Shown piece after piece: positions 43,650 through 55,758 of a stretch of 64,000 nucleotides of DNA. The translations under genes and the position numbers were made by a program. The notes beneath the pieces are model-generated. The model saw nothing but the letters and a program-made list of their open reading frames with translations. It did no database searches and had not been told where the DNA came from. This stretch comes from Epithemia pelagica (lineage: Eukaryota; Protista; Bacillariophyta). The DNA is taken from the NCBI GenBank assembly GCA_946965045.2, contig OX337232.1:1550001-1614000 (forward strand), given 5' to 3'. Positions within the stretch are counted from its first letter, which is position 1, and the number at the start of each line of letters is the position of its first letter.

Positions 43650-45038
43650 CTAGCTTCCGGGAGCAACATCCTCGTCTCCAAGCGTTGAAACAGAATGGTC
43701 ATCATCAGACACAATGCTCAAGCTCATTCCGTCCACCTCTGCTTCCCTACGCCGCAGCCTATCTTCCCGGAATCTTTGGTTTATAACCTCATCCGAAACG
43801 AAGGAGACCACCGGCAGGTTCTTGCTGTTGGTAGAGTCATCGTCGTCACAAGCAGGCGCCAATCTCAAGTACTTGCCTTCGTGTTGTGGGTAGGCAAAGG
43901 CGGACCAATTTGTGGCAGCTTTCAACGCCATCAACCATGGGTCCGGGATGTACTTCGCAGATTCATCTCGATATAGCATTCCAAGATGAATCTTAATGAG
44001 TTTGACTTCTTGATTGTTGATGATTCTGGATGGATCGAAATGGTCTTTGCCAAACTGAAGTATGGAGCTCGAAATGTCCTTCATATCAGGAACCCTAACC
44101 CCCTTTTCCCCACCATCGTTTCGAAGATAATCTTTCAAACGTGATAGGAGCTGGTATCGCGTAACGTTGTTGCTCCGTTGACTGTAATACTCCTCCCAAT
44201 GCTTATCCAGAGAATCGGCCATGGCCTTGGCTGTTTCCGTAATAACATTTGAGGCAAGCACCAGATCTGGTACTGTAGCCCAGTGAACATGATTTTCTTC
44301 CGTGTGGCGAGAAAAAAATTTGTACGCAGCCGGACAGTCACAAACAATCAAAATCTCATAAGGCTCTTGCTGTTTCCACCCGGCCGGATTCTCCAGCAGA
44401 GGAATAGCAAGGAGGATGCCAGTCTTGAGCTTATCAAAAATCTCATCGTGGTTCCCGTCCAGCCCAAGCAAATTCACGCGAAAGTCCTTGACAATGTCCA
44501 CCATGGTCTGCCGAGTTCCTTCATCATATTTCTCAGTGTCCGCTCCACATACCAATTCAATATATTTGCCCCAAAATACGTTGCAGTCCATATCGGCAGG
44601 CAGAAAATGTACCCGGCCTCGATTCGTTCCAGCCATGATTGAAATCAAACTTTTATAGACCTTCTGTTCGGCTGTTGTGTACGGCTCAATGAAATTCTTC
44701 GTGTGTTTTTTCTGCTTGTGTTCAACTTCGATTTCTTCTTCGCCTGACTCTCGTGTGACCACGGTCGTTCGTGTCAGCCACTCTTGGAGCTCTTTTCCAG
44801 CTTCAGCGGCGGATTTCTTCTGCTGACAAAAGTCCTCCAGTCGCTCGTACATTTGGGGCTTGTCGTACCGACGCAACTTCAATGCGTCGTCGCAAGCACC
44901 ATCATAGCTTTCAAGCTTCCATCCCCATATGTCGCCGATCGTAGCGTGCAAAATGCCCTTCCTATCGAGATCTCGTTATTGAACGGTCAAGAGGCGTTGT
45001 TTCTGTGTTGGTTTTGTTGATGATGGAGTGTTTCCCAT
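43650..45038 (-). pseudogene. Uncharacterised gene with an N-myristoylation start (MGNTPS) interrupted by one in-frame TAA at 44976-44978
   Basis: ATG 45038 + 20 codons, TAA, then 8 codons in the same frame into the 433-aa ORF (which itself starts only at TTG). Confidence 0.6.
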
Positions 45039-45413
45039 TGTCCCAAACAAAACTTTTGACTTCCGAACATTGCTTATGGTTGGTTGTTGGTTGCCTCCGG
45101 CGCTGTTGTTCATTCTGCGTTCTGCGTTCTGACTTCTGACTATCTCCCTGACCTCTACTCCCAAGCATGGGTGAGTTTAGGTCGCACATAAGTCGTACCT
45201 AAAGTTAGACGAATGCCCATATCGTGCATTTTTCAATCACGCGGGACCTGGCCTGACCCCTGAAGTGAGATCGATATGCAACTACCTAGGAGTAGGTAGG
45301 CTTATGGAATCGAAAAATGTGTCTAATGAAAATAACTTTGACTATAGCTCACAAGCCAAGGAGTTGTTCGTTGTTTCGGTTCCGTCTCGTCTCTTTCACA
45401 GAAGACTACGCCG

Positions 45414-48133
45414 TTATTGAGGTAGGGCTCGATAGCGACGACTTATGGATTCTGTAAAACTCGCGTCAGCGCGATTCAGGCGATCTGTTGCCCAAAGAAG
45501 ACCTCGACTTAGGTTCTTCTCCGTTAGACGCGCAATGAGAAGCAAACCAAAATCACGAAGCTGAGGGGCATATTCTCTCACAATCGGAAGCAGCTGTCGG
45601 AGCCTTCTTGTATCTGCCGCACCCTCAAAATCACCTAATAGGAAACTGACCAGTTGTTCAATTTGTTTCACCATCTGACACACAACATGAAACGTGAGTC
45701 AACGCTCTTCTGACGGTTCGACCAAAGTCTTGTCAACATACCTTTCGATCAGCTTCGGTGAGCGGTGGACTTATGGATTGGATGAAAGTGGGAACAGGCA
45801 GGTTTCTGAGCCCAAGTGATCTCGCCAGCTCCCTCAACCCATCTCGACTAATCGCATCAGCAACGGTCACAATTTCTTCCAGAATGAATTCCCGGAAAAC
45901 ATCGCCCTCTGGACCGAAGAAGAAACGGAGGGCTGCTCGCACGGTTCTTTCGTCCTCGGATGGATCTGCAGCGGTAGACACTCCTGTTGTGGATGATGGC
46001 GAAGACGTTAAGTCCGCGCTTGTCGAAGACACACGAAAACGTCCGCTGTCTGCAGAGCTGCGCTCTGTGAGGTCCACCTTTTGGGATCCTCGGAAGTCCC
46101 CGGCACTTCCCACCACCTTACTTCCTCGAACGCCATCTACCTTAAACGCTGATCCGTCTGATTCATCTCGGACCGCTGTGAACTTCTCTAATGCTTCCAA
46201 AAGATCAATCACGTTTTCTGCGTTAAAACTATCCTCCCGGCCATACACCATGTACCTAAGCGCCGCCCGTAGTCGAGGTGATCTGTCGGTCATTAGTCGC
46301 CTCGCAATGTATGGGAACGCTTCATCCACTGCGACACGACAGGCGGACACAACAAAGGTGAGGGGTTCGGTGCATCAATGAATCCAGACAGTCCTCATAC
46401 TTACCAATTGCGAAGTTCGGGTTCCCCACCAAAGCGATGCCTTCCAAAACCGAGATTGCTCGGATAACCAATGCAAAATACGGAGGGATCCGAAACGGAT
46501 ATTCAAAAGTAATCTCAGCCAAGTCCGCCGCTAATTCCTGAAAATTGATTGACTTTGCCCCTCCTCCTGCAAGAGCGACATCGAAGACTTTGGTCAAGGC
46601 AGGCACGATTGGAGTTGTATCTGTTCCTTTAGGAATGAAATCAAGATTGATAAAATCTTGCCCAATCTCACTGTAGTCTCTGTTGATAAGATGGGCAATA
46701 GCTTCAATCATTCCATATTTTTGATCTTCTGTCACCTCTGTCATGAGACCAAAGTCAAGAATGGCCAACTTTCCGTCCGTTGTCCTCATCATGTTACCTT
46801 CAGAGGAAGGACAGGAGTGAGGATATGCTTCGTGTCCAAAATAAGATTTCTCATAGCATGGTTATTGTCTTACCCGGATGAGGATCAGCATGGAAGAATC
46901 CGCTTTCAAGAAGCTGAGTGAGATAAGCGATAACTCCAAGATTGACAAGAGCACCCACATCATCAGCCTTCGATTGACTCAGCTTTTCTCCAATAATCCA
47001 TTCAGCAGTGTGTACTCGACGAGAAGTATAACGGGGGAAGTTTTTGGGAATAACAACACTGGGCAACGATCGCATTTCTTGCTCGATCCGCAGGCCGTTT
47101 TCGCATTCCAAATTGTAATCGAGTTCATTGAAGAAGCGATAGGCAAATTCATCCAAAAGTGAGACTGGATCGACTCGTTGAATCAGTGTCGGGAAATTTC
47201 TCAAAATCAAACCGAATTCACGTGCAAGATAAAGATCCAAGGAGACTGTTTCCAAGACACCTGGACGCTGTGTATTATTTTTGATTTTGAGTTGGAGGAA
47301 TTATGAACTCGACGAATGCATAAGCTTCATTCACGTACCTGAACTTTGACGGCCACCAAATCTCCCGTATCCCGCAACACCGCCTTGTAAACTTGTCCCA
47401 GAGATGCCGCAGCCACAGGTTCGGAAGTTATTTCTGTGAATAGATCATCAACAGATCTTCCAAGCTCCTTCTCAATCGTCTCAAAGGCGATCCGCGAGTC
47501 ATACGAAGGAACTTTGTCGCATAGCTTTTGGAGCTCCACCATACTCCGGGGGCTTAGAACGTCTGGTCGGATGCTGAGAGCTTGTCCAATCTTAATAAAA
47601 AATGGACCCAAGGAAGTCATGATATCTCTCAATTCACCAGCTCGTTGAACTTCCAAATCTGGATTGTCCTTAACTCGTCCAGACAGTTGGTCCAACAGCG
47701 TTTGAAACACAAAACCACTTCCAACAGCAGAAACTTGCAAAATACGGGTGAGCACAGCCAATGGTCGTTTCGAGAAGAATTGCTTCAATGCTTTTGGATC
47801 GTAGACATAGGGCAACCCCGAGTCACCATCCCGTACTTTGACATCCACAAGTCGCATTTGCAATCCGGCAACCGCGGAATCGTCATCATTCAAATTCTTT
47901 CCTCGAAGCGCTTGCATGATGAGATCAGAGTCTTCGTCCTTACTCATCTCTTCACGCATTTCTCTCATCATTGCCGAGACATCGCTAGCAGGAGAAGAGA
48001 AAAGACGACTTCCCTCGCGGTCGTCAACATGAGAACCGACCGAGACTGGCGATCGCCCGACGACGAAACTTTCCACCGACTGAGGACATGACAGCGCTAT
48101 GGCCAACAGTGAAAGTAAATGATGAATCATCAC
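45414..48133 (-). CDS. Plastid ABC1-like (ABC1K) atypical kinase, 5 exons
   Basis: Signal + ES-FVV; IKIGQALS.RPD; AASLGQVY; VAVKVQRP; FFHADPHPGN; LDFG. Introns 47268-47338, 46798-46873, 46329-46404 and 45675-45741 all GT-AG and frame-consistent. Confidence 0.92.
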
Positions 48134-48429
48134 TGGTGTGCAGGATGCAGCGATTACACTTTCTCTTTCTACTGATCACTTGCAACAAAATACAAAATGA
48201 GACAACAATATGAAGACGACACTTTCATTGTCTGATTCTGACGAAGGTTGTGTGAAACAGAAGCATGTGAACATGGGCATGAGTCAGGTGAAAAATGAAA
48301 TGTATGAGTCGCTTATAAATCGCTTGTAGGTCCTCGAAAATGACATTTGGCAACGACAGACGACAGACGACAGACATTTTTTGTGGACGATATCCACGGG
48401 ATCTTTTGCCATCACACACAAATCGAACC

Positions 48430-50055
48430 ATGGCGAGTGTTCTGACGGCTCGAAGAAATCAGACAGCCTTTCTGTCCTTATATCGTGTGCTTGTCAATAA
48501 CAACCACCGCAGTGTGGAAAATGCAATCGTTCCATGGAACCATCAGGGATGCTGGTCTCACTTGAGCAGAACCACCATATTCCGACAACTGTCGGAATCC
48601 ACAAAGGGTAAACAGAAAACCAATCGAAACGACAAGAACAATGTTGAAGATGAACTGGGCGATGATCATCAAACGCAAGATTTTGTGGATCGTTCCATAC
48701 ATCCGGGCGAATGGGACGAACCTGACTACCAGAATCCTTTCTATCGCCCCAAATACACTCATCGTGCAAAAATTTTATCCAAGGAAGACTTTCGGAATCG
48801 TCCCGCAGTGGGGGTATCTGCCTATTTTGACAGTCCGGCGGATGCCATGGTGACCCTGTCATGGATGACAAATAAAGATCGGAAAGAAATTTTTGAGATG
48901 TACAAGGCCTTGTTGAAAACCCAACACGCCAGGTGTGGAAGTACCAGTCATGAATACATCATGCGATGCATTGCTCAGAAGCTCAATCTTCGGGCTGATC
49001 GTGTTGCGGGGGCTGTACAACTTCAATTTAATGAAGAGCGCTATAGGCTAGAAGGCGAAGAGCTTGCAGATGAGGCTGGAAAATACATGGACAATTCGTT
49101 CTTGACTGAAATTCGACTATTTTATAAGGCATTTAACATGACGCCGCCAAACGATCTGAGCTTTGTCGAACCCATTATAGATGATGAGGCTGATGGAGCT
49201 CCGTCACCATTGATCAGATCAGTGGATGACATATTTGATATGGATGGACTCCTGAAACGTTATCAAGATGAATATCTTCCAAACAAGGCCAAGGATATTG
49301 TGAGCAAACATAAATACGTCGAGGACGTCGACGATGAATCCATTATCACACCGGTTGACAAGGAAACAGAGTCCTTTGTTGAACAACAGAAGAAGCTTGC
49401 CGATCGAATGGAAAGCTTTCAGACCGACGTAACTCCAAAGGTTTTGAAAGAAACTGATCGTGATAATCCTTCCCGACGTAAACGATTCAAGTTTGTGGCC
49501 AAAATGGTCAATACGCGAGAGAAAAAGAAACTGATCAAAGAAGCAAAAAGAAAGCCGATTCTGACAGCAAAGGAAGCCAAGAAACGGAGTCTCATGTCCA
49601 AGGCCTACACCACTAATAGCATTGAAAATACTGTGGTCGAATACGATGGTCGATGTCGAAGGGCTAATATGAACGATGTCAGAAATGTTGAGTGGAAGCC
49701 CATGAAACATGAACTGGGGAAACGGAAAACCATCGAGGAACAGGTCGAGGTTATGGAACGTATTTATCGTAATGCCAAACGTGATTGGTTGAATTACATC
49801 CATGGACGAGAACATACTGGTGTGTTTGGAACGGACGGCAAAATTTCCCCCAAATCGATCAAACTGGCACCACCCAGCTCGGCCGTCACCGAGGACAAGG
49901 CTGAGACCGACACAACTGAGTCAACAGAAGACTCTGAAGAAGCTTCAAAAGAGAGTGAGACGAGTGAATCATCAGAACCAACGGCAGATGAGGTATCAGA
50001 AGAGAAAAAAGACGAACAAGACGGGAAGAAGGACGATACGACCCCTACTGACTAG
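48430..50055 (+). CDS. Probable mitochondrial protein; weak resemblance to mitoribosomal mS45/Bot1 domain
   Basis: R/L/S-rich presequence from ATG 48430; segment RKEIFEMY...IAQKLNLRADRVAGAVQL resembles mS45 from recall only; acidic tail. Confidence 0.55.
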   Translation: MASVLTARRNQTAFLSLYRVLVNNNHRSVENAIVPWNHQGCWSHLSRTTIFRQLSESTKGKQKTNRNDKNNVEDELGDDHQTQDFVDRSIHPGEWDEPDYQNPFYRPKYTHRAKILSKEDFRNRPAVGVSAYFDSPADAMVTLSWMTNKDRKEIFEMYKALLKTQHARCGSTSHEYIMRCIAQKLNLRADRVAGAVQLQFNEERYRLEGEELADEAGKYMDNSFLTEIRLFYKAFNMTPPNDLSFVEPIIDDEADGAPSPLIRSVDDIFDMDGLLKRYQDEYLPNKAKDIVSKHKYVEDVDDESIITPVDKETESFVEQQKKLADRMESFQTDVTPKVLKETDRDNPSRRKRFKFVAKMVNTREKKKLIKEAKRKPILTAKEAKKRSLMSKAYTTNSIENTVVEYDGRCRRANMNDVRNVEWKPMKHELGKRKTIEEQVEVMERIYRNAKRDWLNYIHGREHTGVFGTDGKISPKSIKLAPPSSAVTEDKAETDTTESTEDSEEASKESETSESSEPTADEVSEEKKDEQDGKKDDTTPTD

Positions 50056-50229
50056 TCATCGCCGTGAGAGGTTTGCTCTACTACTAAAGACTTAATCAAC
50101 AAGGCATCAATCTTCAGCATTTTTTTTAATTCTTTCTATCCCTTGGTAACTCAAACCATAAAAAGAATCCTTGATGCGTTCCGCTTTGGTACCCAAGTCA
50201 TTCGTAAAATTTATTGTCAAAGAGAGAAT

Positions 50230-51867
50230 TCAGCCCAGGGGTGAAACAGTGGCGGTGGGTTTGGAATCTACCGAAAGCTGGGCTTTTGGCGGTGATTCCG
50301 TGACGGAGGGCGTCGATGTCGTGGCGGACTGATATGAACGACTGGCTCGAAACCAAGCGTTGGGATGATTTCCAATGTTGTCCATGGGAACTTCCGAACT
50401 CAACTCCAATGCTTTGGGATGTTGTGCAACAAAATGTTTATGACATGCCAACCCATAGTGACCCTCCTTTTTCAGGGCCAAAATCTCTTTGCGGTCTTGC
50501 AACGTGAGTCCCTGCTGCAAAAGAGTGGATAGGTGCTCTTCATCGTAGTGTTTGAAGGGGCACCCGTGGAAATCGCCACTGGTCGCGGGGGCGTTGCCAT
50601 GAATAATACCAGTACAAGAATAGGGGTCACGCGACTTACGCTTCCCTTCTTTTCCGTAGTTATAGCGGATGTTGTAACTGTACTCCTTTTGGAACTGTTC
50701 CCCAGTTACTGCCGTGAAATGACGTTGGAAAAAGGCCAAAGCGTTGTCCAGATCGAGCCCGGCACCTTTAAGGAACAATCCGTATTGAAGCCTTCCAAAG
50801 TGACGAAGCTTTCCATGCCGTTTCATGCCTTTGTGCATCTCCCTCATACACAAAGGCATATTGGACACGTGACTGGAAACGCTGGAGGCGGTCAAGGCGT
50901 CAGCGCCATTCATGGAATAGTCTTCCGATTGTTCCTTATGAACCAGACAGCGACTGAGATTTTTCAGCAGCGGATATACACGTGAACCCTCTGCATCATG
51001 CTGCAGCGTTGTATCAAGAGACACGTGACTCTGAAGGTGAGCAAGCTGACGAGAGAGCTGGGCACGAAATCTCGAAACGAGAATTGCCTCCACTTTGTTT
51101 TGCGAAATGTACGCCTGACCACCTTCCAAATAGCACTCACGACGAGACACAAGATCCAATGCCTGCGTGAAGGGGACAGCAAAAAATCGCGTCCTTTCAA
51201 ATTCACTGGCCGAGATCAACATGCCATTGCTCGCGCTGGAACCCATTGATAAAGCCGAGGCTTGAAGCAAAAGATTTGGTCGCAACTCTTCTTTTTTCTC
51301 CTTGGAAATGGGCTTAATACCGAGGTACGATTCCACGAGCTTGCCCAATTGATCATGGCTCAGCAACTGAAGACGAATCTTCATCAAATCACTTTCGTGC
51401 AACAGGAACCATCGTCGTAGATCCTCCGTTTGACAATAGGACAACCGTAGAATGAAATGCGAGGTTTCATCAACAACAGTTCCAGAAACCAAATCTTCCG
51501 CATCCATGACTTGCTTCACCTTTGCCCTCAAATCATCTCTCGTCAGCTTGAATGTCTTGAACTGTTCGAGTTTTCGTAAAACCTTGATGTATAACAAGAG
51601 CCATTCGGTCGCATCAGCAAAAGCATGGTAAGGAGACTGACCTCCTCAAGAAAGGGAAAATCGATAACGACAAGCGTCCTAATGAAGACTTACTTTGAGA
51701 CGTTTGAGGGCGTAGATTTCAAAAGTGTCAACATCAAGCTCAATGTTTGGCACGTCATTGTAAAAATTGATGCCGTAGGACAAAAGACTCGCTGGAGATC
51801 TTGCCTGACCTCTCTTGCCTTGATGCTGAGGGTTGCTTTGACGAGATGATGAACCCACTGACTGCAT
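50230..51867 (-). CDS. PRI2: DNA primase large subunit (exons 51867-51694, 51582-50230)
   Basis: FEIYALKRLK|VL; SHFILRLSYC; MPLCM; GRLQYGLFLKG; YSC; HGCPF; ACHKHF; HPNAWF (four Fe-S cysteines); intron 51583-51693. Confidence 0.95.
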
Positions 51868-52151
51868 CCTGGGATCTCCAACCTATAGGTGCAGAGTACT
51901 TCAATCGACTACCAAGAGGAGAACAATCCGAGGTTTGTGTTGTCTGTTGTCTCTGTCCAACACGAAAAGGTGGGGCAACGGCGACCTCTCTATGTCATGG
52001 CGGACTCGGAAGCACGCGCATGGTCCACCACCGAAGCCAGCAGTAGCGCGGGAAAAAAGAAGTTCACATGCGACTTATCCTCCGCACGTAGTCTCGCGAA
52101 AAGGTCGCGGACGCCCACCAAGGCCATTCGAGTAACTATGTCGGCGAATAA

Positions 52152-52340
52152 TCTGCTGCACTAGCTCAAGCTCAACGAGAAGTTGCTCATCTTTACACCC
52201 TTCGTTCCTTCATCCCAATCTCAGACCGTTTCATGTTTTATCCTTCCCTCACTGATCACTTACGCCAAGAACCCCGCTCCTATCAACTTCGCACTTGGCT
52301 TAACACTTGGAGACCGTTGATCCTGTCGTCCGCTTCTTAG
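52152..52340 (+). mobile_element. 3'-terminal relic of a non-LTR retrotransposon ORF2 (5'-truncated)
   Basis: Frame SAALAQAQREVAHLYTLRSFIPISDRFMFYPSLTDHLRQEPRSYQLRTWLNTWRPLILSSAS* resembles, from recall, the C-terminal tail of diatom LINE ORF2 proteins (RE...LY.L....DR..F...L..HL......L..W...W.PLI); no start codon. Confidence 0.5.
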
Positions 52341-53519
52341 GTCCTTCCTTTCCGATTTTTAGTCCTCGCGTTAGGTAGCTACAGCTACCTAATGCCCGGC
52401 GCGTCGGTCGGCGTCACTCTGTGGGGTGCGTGCGGCAGCGTTATAATAGATCTCCCTTTTTTTTTAACTATGTCGACTGCAAAGGGAGCTTTGGCTTTAG
52501 TGTCTTTCAAGTTGCAATTTTAAAATGAATCGAAGTATACTCCATATTATGTTCCACCATGATGAGTTCAATGGATGTTCTCCGCTCTTGATCCCAGAGA
52601 ATTCCAGTGCAGGTCTAATCATCAAGTGCTTGAGCACAGGCAGTTGATACTTTTTACGTTCTAGAGCTAGGTTCCTCAATGATGATCTGAATGGATCACC
52701 AAACCCAGCCCCGATGCCATTTGATTCCAACAGTTCTGCGCCATACTAAGGCTCTTATAACTTATAAGCCGACGGTCAAGGATGCGCTAGGGTCTCTTCT
52801 TTCAAATAATGGGATGATCCATTTTCAGGTAACAAAATTATTTGACATTCTGCTGAGGAGTCGTCAGTCGTCATGGGATTGCGACATCTACGAATGGCAA
52901 CTACGAATAGACCTCGTGCTCGCGCACCAATACCGACCCCCATAAAAGGTTTGAATCTATTCTTCCAGCTGCCGCGCTCACCCACTCTACCGCCTGGGAA
53001 ATTGGATGCGGACGGAGTTTGTGCTCGTTGGAAGGTCGACAGGCTTGCGGGGGGGACTGTATAAAAATAAACGTTTCTGAGGACCTGAATTTGATCGGTC
53101 GGCCATCAATCCCACCAAAAATCATGGACCCCTGCAGTTGCGTTCGGTTGTTGTGTATGAGTCGTGCCATAATCGACTGCGCGGTCATCCCCACCTGAGT
53201 CAGTGCCGCGACGCCGCAACGACCAGTTTCCACCTCCGTTGCAACACACCAAGAAAATCACCGCTGGTTTTCATTGTTCAAATCAAAGCGAGTTGGTGTT
53301 CGGCGAAGCTCATCCTGTCCCAGGCAACTTTCTTTCTTTCTTCTGCCTGTGTTGTTGTGGACAGATACAAATTGATCTCTCAGTCTCGGAAATCCTATTT
53401 ATATTTTTGAAACTGCGTTCATCCTTTTGTTTGATCCAAATTGACAAGATCGAACACAAACGTTGACACAGGTTCACATAATATTCGGTGAACCGTTGAG
53501 GAAATTATTCAAATTCACC

Positions 53520-54962
53520 ATGAAACTGATACATACGTCCATTTTCTTGCTGTTACTAACATGTCATGCCGAGACTGCCTCCCTGGAGGCTCCGAAGCAA
53601 TCGATTGAGGCACTTCAGCAACAGGAGGAGGATAATGAAACAAGAGAGTTGATTGTCGAAGGAACGCTCGCATCGATCAATGAGTTTCCATGGTTTGTCT
53701 CATCAACAGGCGGTGGATTCTGCGGTGGATCTTTGATTGCACCCAGTGTTGTTTTGACAGCGGCTCATTGCAGTCCGTTTACGGTCGGAGGGACCGTTTT
53801 CATCGGAGCGACGAGGAGAAGCTCTATTCTAGGAGGGGCCCAAAACCGAACTGTCACGCGTATGGAGATGCATCCAAACTATGTTGATGAGTCCAATGAT
53901 TTCGCGTACGATCTCATGCTGATGCAGTTGAGTTCGCCAGTGACAACCATTGACCCTATTGCTTGGAATGATGACCCTGCTGTGCCAGTGGGTGGAACCG
54001 ACGTAACGGTGATGGGTTTTGGACGGCTATCGTTTGGAGACGGGCCCATCTCATTGGATTTGCTCAAAGTCGACTTGGACATTGTCTCTGACAGCGAATG
54101 TTTGGGCCTCTATGGGAGAAACAATCTTAATACTGAGGTTGAGCTTTGTGCGATTGGTTCACAGGGGTTAAAGCAGACTGGCAGTGCTTGTCAAGGTGAC
54201 TCAGGGGGACCTTTGGTCATGGACGCGACGGACCCTGAAACAGGCTTAACCTATCCTTTGCAAGTGGGTGTTGTTTCGTGGGGAATTAGATGTGGCTCGA
54301 ATATTTATCCTGGTGTTTATGCTCGACCGTCAGGAGTCGTTGACTGGATGGAAACAACTATTTGCGATTTATCGCCCGACTGCAATAGCACGGCGTTCCC
54401 GACTCAGTCTCCCGTTGTCACTCCAGCGCCACAACCCACCCCACCGACTGCAAGTGGACCAACACCCGCCCCCGCCGTACCAACAAATCCACCCACATAC
54501 GTTGATACTTGCATTTGCTTGTCGGAGCCCCAGTGCCTGCAAGCGCTGTGCTCCAGAGTTTCCAATCAAAGAGTATGTGAAGCCTTGGGTTGTGATTGGT
54601 TCGATGGCGTGGCCGCCGATCCGCCCCCGAACGTGGAAGATCCAGATGACAACGACGCGGATGATGTATTTCCTGTTGAGGATGAGTCTGCCTCAGATTT
54701 GGAGAAGGCTGGTTTTGCACTGTTGGTCGGTCTTGCAGCAGCCATTGTAACGTTTTGTCTCTTGTGTTTGCTCATATCAATATGCTGCAACTGCTGTCGG
54801 CGGAAGGAACCACGGACCAGGCGGCGAAACCCACCATCACCAAACAGACAACCAAATTATCCCGCGGTTAAGCGCAGGCAAACCGACATTACGGAAGACA
54901 TGTATGTCTTTAGTCACTTTGGTGAACCATCCAACACAGAGATTTCTTATGCCTCGCGATGA
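53520..54962 (+). CDS. Type I membrane trypsin-like serine protease (S1)
   Basis: Signal peptide from ATG 53520; IVEG activation site; LTAAHC, DLML and GDSGGP triad; P/T linker; Cys module; TM. Confidence 0.92.
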   Translation: MKLIHTSIFLLLLTCHAETASLEAPKQSIEALQQQEEDNETRELIVEGTLASINEFPWFVSSTGGGFCGGSLIAPSVVLTAAHCSPFTVGGTVFIGATRRSSILGGAQNRTVTRMEMHPNYVDESNDFAYDLMLMQLSSPVTTIDPIAWNDDPAVPVGGTDVTVMGFGRLSFGDGPISLDLLKVDLDIVSDSECLGLYGRNNLNTEVELCAIGSQGLKQTGSACQGDSGGPLVMDATDPETGLTYPLQVGVVSWGIRCGSNIYPGVYARPSGVVDWMETTICDLSPDCNSTAFPTQSPVVTPAPQPTPPTASGPTPAPAVPTNPPTYVDTCICLSEPQCLQALCSRVSNQRVCEALGCDWFDGVAADPPPNVEDPDDNDADDVFPVEDESASDLEKAGFALLVGLAAAIVTFCLLCLLISICCNCCRRKEPRTRRRNPPSPNRQPNYPAVKRRQTDITEDMYVFSHFGEPSNTEISYASR

Positions 54963-55758
54963 AAGTGGATGCACGAACGCCATCTGTAACGAACGGGACA
55001 CATGGACCTCCATCTTCAGAGGATTGTTGACTGTTGCGTTCCAATCACATCTGTCGATGCGAGAGATCTACCTACCGTGAAGCATTCATAAAGTAATAAT
55101 CTTCTTCAGGTGTAAACGAAGCTTTAGGCGCTTGTTCTCCATCTGAAGTATACTCCTCTAGGTCCCGGGGAGGAAGATGTAACATGATAGAGTAAGTAAT
55201 ACTACAGAGGAGTTAGGAGTATGTCCTCCGATCACTATCGACATCGACGGGTAGCCATTAGAACTTGAGATGGCCGCGTGTATCAAGCGCGATGGTTTTC
55301 AGAGAACAGCATCGAACCGCCTGCATCCTTCAGCAGTGTTCCACACAAAATAATTCCTTCCGGATGACAATTGACAAAATGACTGCCAGGAACAGTAATG
55401 ATCACGGGTGATTTATGCGGCGAAACTCTTGAAGTAGTATTCGGTATTCGGAAGGACGTCACATCATTGTCTTGCTCTCTTCCCGTCTCCCCACTACCCC
55501 CAAGCGGAATGTTGAGTCGTGTGAGTGAGAGATGGAGTGCATTCTGCGCTACTGACGAACCTACAAAAAGAGGCAGTCACGAAATCTCATGACTCACATT
55601 CCGCTGGGTTGTCTCCCCATTTCCATTGCCGCATTAACGCCATCGTCACGCCGTGGGCAACAACTTGTTCAACAACATCTTCCACAGTCGCTTTCCATAC
55701 CAAGCAACTTCGACCCGAAACGGAGAATTGACCAAGTGAAGCAGTGCGTTAATACACT

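Noticed and set aside
52328-52340. gtccgcttcttag is shared with the 30-bp IR at 14.4/16.1 kb
   Set aside because: 13 nt only, unpaired, and explained as the last codons of the LINE relic.
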